DNA of 64,000 nucleotides from a plasmid: sequence record NZ_CP012741.1; one strand, 5' to 3'. Shown piece by piece: positions 59,964 to 64,000 of this stretch (position 1 is its first letter; each line of letters starts with the position of its first letter). The notes under the pieces were generated by a model. It saw only the letters and a program-made list of their open reading frames with translations, ran no database searches and was not told where the DNA came from. The position numbers and the translations under genes were made by a program.

Positions 59964-61043
59964 ATGTCTACACGCATTGCGCCATTGCCACTGGCCAACA
60001 TTGAACAATGGGAAACCCGTGCGGTGCTAAAAAAAGCGGCTGAAGCACATCGTTACTTGGCCGAGCTAAAAGGGGTAGCGGCAAGTATTCCCGATGAGGC
60101 CATTTTAATCAACACATTGTCCTTGCAAGAAGCAAAAGATAGCTCTGAAGTTGAAAACATCGTCACCACCCATGATGAGCTCTACAAAGCAAATCTTTTT
60201 GAAGAGGCCATTACCAACCCCGCAACCAAAGAAGTGCAAAACTACGCTTTTGCATTAAAACAAGGCTTTCACAGTGCACGGCAAAGTAAGCTCATTCGCT
60301 TAAGCGATATTCTCGCTATTCAACAAAATCTTGAGTACAGCACCGCGGGGTTACGTAAGTTACAGGGAGCTGATTTGAAAAATGCACGGACTGACGAAGT
60401 GGTGTACACTCCACCACAACATGCTGAGGACATTACCTACTTGATGGATAACCTCGTGCAGTTTATCAATAATGATGAACTGTGCGACGCCGATCCGCTG
60501 GTAAAAATGGCGATTATCCACCATCAGTTTGAAAGTATTCACCCATTTTACTATGGCAATGGATGCACTAGTCGTATCATCAACATTCTGTATTTGGTCA
60601 CTAAAGATCTACTCAATTTACCCGTGTTGTATTTAAGCCGTTTTATTATTCATCACAAAGCAGAGTACTACGCTAACTTACAAGCAGTACGTGATACCGG
60701 CAATTGGGAACCTTGGTTATTGTTTATGCTTGATGACATTATCGAAACTGCGCAAAATACCATTTCGTTGATCACCGAAATGAAAACTCTAATGTCGAAT
60801 GTCAAATACGGTATTCGCGAGCAACTCCCCAAGCTTTATAGCCAAGATTTACTCAATAACCTGTTTAACCATCCCTACACAAAAATAGACTTTATTGTTG
60901 AAGAACTCGGTGTAACGCGTATTACCGCCACTAAGTACTTAGAACAACTAGTCGAGCACGGCTTTTTAATGAAGCAGAAAGTTGGTCGTGTCAATTACTA
61001 CATCAACCAGCCACTGTGCCAATTATTAATCGTACACAGCTAA
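59964..61043 (+). CDS. fic: Fic-family protein with degenerate active-site motif HPFYYGNGCTSR
   Basis: Fic core IHPFYYGNGCTSRIINILYL vs canonical HPFx[DE]GNGRxxR; 359 aa; directly upstream of hsdM. Confidence 0.7.
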   Translation: MSTRIAPLPLANIEQWETRAVLKKAAEAHRYLAELKGVAASIPDEAILINTLSLQEAKDSSEVENIVTTHDELYKANLFEEAITNPATKEVQNYAFALKQGFHSARQSKLIRLSDILAIQQNLEYSTAGLRKLQGADLKNARTDEVVYTPPQHAEDITYLMDNLVQFINNDELCDADPLVKMAIIHHQFESIHPFYYGNGCTSRIINILYLVTKDLLNLPVLYLSRFIIHHKAEYYANLQAVRDTGNWEPWLLFMLDDIIETAQNTISLITEMKTLMSNVKYGIREQLPKLYSQDLLNNLFNHPYTKIDFIVEELGVTRITATKYLEQLVEHGFLMKQKVGRVNYYINQPLCQLLIVHS

Positions 61044-61068
61044 AGCGTATTTTTAGATAGAGAACATT

Positions 61069-62664
61069 ATGACCAACAATGACATAGTCCAAAAACTCTG
61101 GAACTTGTGTGACGTACTACGTGACGACGGGATTAACTACAGTGATTATGTTACCGAGCTGGTACTGCTGCTGTTCATCAAAATGGTGCATGAAAACACC
61201 GAAGCAGGCACGCTAAAAAAACACCCGTTACCAGAAGGCTGCCGATGGATAGACATCAACAAAAAATCTGGCGTAAACCTGCTCAATGATTACAAAGATA
61301 TTTTATTAGCTTTGTCTACGGGTAAACGCTCTGAAGCAGATCCAAAAGAGCCGGGAAAAACCATCGAGGTTCAAATTCACGATGACTCTCTCATCAGCGC
61401 CATTTATGTAGATGCCCAAACCCGCCTGCGAGAGCCGCGTCACCTAGAGCAAATGATTAAAACGCTGGATCAAATCGACTGGTTTAGCGCGCAAAAAGAT
61501 GGCTTGGGTGATTTATACGAAGGCTTATTAGAAAAAAATGCCAGCGAAACCAAATCAGGTGCAGGCCAATACTTTACGCCACGCGCGCTGATTAACGTCA
61601 TGGTGCGCTGCATCAAACCACAAGTAGGCGAAGTGATTCAGGATCCGGCTGCCGGCACAGCCGGCTTTTTGGTGGCCGCCGACCAATATATGCGTAACCA
61701 GACCGACGATTATTTTAACCTTGATGCCAAGCAAGTCGCCTTCCAAAAAAAACAAGCCTTTGTTGGAGTCGAACTAGTACCCAACACCCGCCGCCTAGCC
61801 CTAATGAACTGTTTGTTACATGGAATGGAAGGTAATGATGAAGGTGTGGTGCACTTGGGTAACGCTCTAGGTGATGCAGGTAAAAATCTAAAAAGAGCCA
61901 ATATTATTTTGGCCAACCCACCGTTTGGTACCAGTAAAGGCGGCGAAGCCAGCAACACCCGTGATGACTTAACCTATAAAACCAGCAACAAACAACTGGC
62001 GTTTTTGCAGCATATTTACCGTAACCTAGAACCCGGCGGCCGCGCTGCTGTAGTCGTGCCCGATAATGTATTATTTGACGCAGGCGTTGGCACCGATGTA
62101 CGCCGAGACCTGATGCACAAGTGTAACCTGCACACTATCTTGCGCCTACCTACCGGTATTTTTTACGCTCAAGGCGTAAAAACCAATGTGTTGTTCTTTA
62201 CCAAAGGCAGCGCGGCCGACAAGTTCCAGCAGGAAAACTGCACCCAAAATATCTGGGTGTACGACTTGCGCACCAATATGCCCAGTTTTGGTAAACGCAC
62301 TCCCTTTGGAGACAGCCATTTAGCACCGTTTGAGAAAGTTTATGGCGACAATGCCGATGGAACCAGTACGCGTTTAGAAGGCGACTGGAGCTTTGACGCT
62401 CTTAGTGTTGAGGCTTCTTCCGACAATGAAAACCAAGGTGTAGATAATCAGTTAGCTCAGTCACGCTGGCGCTGCTTTAGCCGTGAATGGGTAGCCAATA
62501 ACAAAGGCGATTCGCTGGACATTAGTTGGTTAAAAGACAAAGACAGCGTGGATGTGACCGACTTGCCCGAGCCGGAGGCATTGGCGCGCGAAGCCAAAGA
62601 TGAATTAACCACAGCACTAAGTGAAATTGATGAGTTATTGGCAGCGTTGGAAGGGGGGAATTGA
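61069..62664 (+). CDS. hsdM: Type I restriction-modification N6-adenine DNA methyltransferase subunit HsdM
   Basis: ILANPPFG motif IV; AdoMet-binding region GTAGFLV. Confidence 0.9.
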   Translation: MTNNDIVQKLWNLCDVLRDDGINYSDYVTELVLLLFIKMVHENTEAGTLKKHPLPEGCRWIDINKKSGVNLLNDYKDILLALSTGKRSEADPKEPGKTIEVQIHDDSLISAIYVDAQTRLREPRHLEQMIKTLDQIDWFSAQKDGLGDLYEGLLEKNASETKSGAGQYFTPRALINVMVRCIKPQVGEVIQDPAAGTAGFLVAADQYMRNQTDDYFNLDAKQVAFQKKQAFVGVELVPNTRRLALMNCLLHGMEGNDEGVVHLGNALGDAGKNLKRANIILANPPFGTSKGGEASNTRDDLTYKTSNKQLAFLQHIYRNLEPGGRAAVVVPDNVLFDAGVGTDVRRDLMHKCNLHTILRLPTGIFYAQGVKTNVLFFTKGSAADKFQQENCTQNIWVYDLRTNMPSFGKRTPFGDSHLAPFEKVYGDNADGTSTRLEGDWSFDALSVEASSDNENQGVDNQLAQSRWRCFSREWVANNKGDSLDISWLKDKDSVDVTDLPEPEALAREAKDELTTALSEIDELLAALEGGN

Positions 62665-64000
62665 TGACAACTCCTTTTCCCAAAGAGTGGAAGTCAGTCA
62701 CTGGCTCTGAATTTGTTGTAGATCCGAAATCAGATATTGTTGATGGTCCATTTGGTTCAAATTTGAAATCATCTGAATATATAGACTCAGGTGTACCAAT
62801 TGCTCGAATTCAAAATGTAAAAAGGTTTAACTTTATTGACAAAAACATAAGGTTTGTTAGTGAAGAAAAAGCTGAAGAGCTTCAAAGGCACAGTTTTGCA
62901 TGCGGCGATATTTTAATAACTAAGCTTGGTGATCCTTTAGGCTTGGCCTGCGAGGTCCCAGAATCCTTTGAATATGGAATTATTGTTGCTGATTTAGTTC
63001 GTCTAAGACCAAATCTAGGAGTTTGCTTCAAATCTTATCTTACCTACTTATTAAACTCCGAGATTGTAATTAAACAAATCGAATTACATGTTAAGGGAAC
63101 TACTCGACCAAGAATTAATTTAGGTGTAATCAGAGGTCTGAGCCTACCTCTCCCTCCACTAGCCGAACAAAAAGTGATTGCTGATAAACTTGACATCCTT
63201 TTAGCACAGGTGGAAACCAGTAAAGCACGCCTCGAGCGCATCCCCGAGATCCTAAAAACTTTCCGCCAATCCGTCCTTGCCGCCGCCGTGAGTGGCAAAT
63301 TGACCAAAGAGTGGCGTGAAGGGAATGAGGTTTCAATTGAAAGCTGGGTTTCGACCAATATAGGAGAATTAGCGCAGGTAGCTACTGGCAAAACGCCAAA
63401 AAGAACTAATGCTGAGTATTGGGATGGTGGCAATATTCCTTGGTTGACAAGTTCTGCAACAGGATCTGCATTTACATTTGAAGCGGAACAATTCGTTACA
63501 GAACTGGCAGTTAAAGAATGTACTTTGAAATTATTTCCAATAGGTACGCTTTTGTTGGCAATGTATGGTGAAGGTAAAACGCGAGGCCAAGTAACAGAGT
63601 TACAGTTAGAATCCACATGTAATCAAGCATGTGCAGCAATTCTTGTTGATGAAACAAAAGTAAGCAAAGAGTTTCTTAAATTGCGCTTACAAGAGAATTA
63701 TGAAGAGACAAGAAAAGCAGCAGTTGGTGGAGCTCAGCCCAACTTAAACTTGAGTAAAGTTAGAGAAATTACTGTAGAACTGCCGAGCGAACCCGAACAA
63801 ACCGAAATCGTCCGCCGTGTCAAAGGGCTATTCGCCTTTATCGATCGTATCGAGCAAAGCGCCAATACTGCCCTTAAGCGTGTAAATAACCTCACCCAAG
63901 CCATCCTAGCTAAAGCTTTTCGCGGTGAGCTTACAGCTGAATGGCGCGCAGTTAACCCTGAGTTGGTCAGCGGTGAAAATAGCGCCGAAGCATTATTGGA
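62664..64000 (+). CDS. hsdS: Type I RM specificity subunit HsdS (two TRDs); partial, runs off the window end
   Basis: ATG overlaps the hsdM stop by 1 nt; conserved central/terminal repeats LPLPPLAEQKVIADKLD and LPSEPEQTEIVRRV; no stop before 64000. Confidence 0.85.
   Translation, partial: MTTPFPKEWKSVTGSEFVVDPKSDIVDGPFGSNLKSSEYIDSGVPIARIQNVKRFNFIDKNIRFVSEEKAEELQRHSFACGDILITKLGDPLGLACEVPESFEYGIIVADLVRLRPNLGVCFKSYLTYLLNSEIVIKQIELHVKGTTRPRINLGVIRGLSLPLPPLAEQKVIADKLDILLAQVETSKARLERIPEILKTFRQSVLAAAVSGKLTKEWREGNEVSIESWVSTNIGELAQVATGKTPKRTNAEYWDGGNIPWLTSSATGSAFTFEAEQFVTELAVKECTLKLFPIGTLLLAMYGEGKTRGQVTELQLESTCNQACAAILVDETKVSKEFLKLRLQENYEETRKAAVGGAQPNLNLSKVREITVELPSEPEQTEIVRRVKGLFAFIDRIEQSANTALKRVNNLTQAILAKAFRGELTAEWRAVNPELVSGENSAEALL

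Noticed and set aside
63044-63616. 190-aa minus-strand ORF
   Set aside because: Antisense to hsdS, which has clear family motifs; spurious.

Overview
This window looks like about 64 kb of an F-type (MPF-F / MOBF) conjugative plasmid from a Vibrionaceae-like host, at roughly 40-47% GC with AT-rich islands. A complete F-like transfer operon lies on the minus strand from about 36.8 kb down to 8.1 kb, in the order traA-L-E-K-B-V-C-W-U-trbC-traN-F-trbB-traH-G-(accessory genes)-traD-(169-aa gene)-traI. Just upstream of traA is a candidate oriT whose sequence resembles the F nic site. To the right of oriT sit a pair of inverted XerCD/dif-like sites, an IncFII-like repA, and a 16.5-kb accessory segment bracketed by ~308-bp direct repeats. 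That segment carries a frameshifted rpn gene, a parA/parB-like pair with GTATTAC palindromes, two divergent serine recombinases, a low-GC heme receptor, an IS junkyard, an FG-GAP-repeat lipoprotein and an IS21-family element (IS110-family 3' halves as 615-bp inverted repeats, an IS903-like fragment, an IS91-family pseudogene and a transthyretin-like gene). Beyond it are hicAB, a second type-Ib-like parA/RHH pair flanked on both sides by (TAATTGAG)n arrays, a Fic protein with a degenerate motif, and a type I RM hsdM-hsdS that runs off the window end. The left 7 kb, distal to traI, holds an operon of tiny ORFs, a HigBA-like TA pair behind a 36-bp perfect palindrome, and a conjugation-type lytic transglycosylase. 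Most unusually, it also holds two ~97% identical copies of a ~430-nt GC-rich, hairpin-dense non-coding leader, each fused to the same 34-codon N-terminus but different downstream proteins. One is an ArdC-N/DUF1738-like ssDNA-binding protein split by an apparent -1 frameshift at an A6 run; the other is a DUF3560-like protein. A hok-family type I toxin that the ORF track misses lies between traG and traD, next to a ParB/Srx-like 'DGHHR' protein. The most likely candidates for something new are (i) the duplicated structured leader plus shared N-terminus module, (ii) the inverted XerCD site pair by repA, and (iii) the 8-bp tandem-array centromeres.
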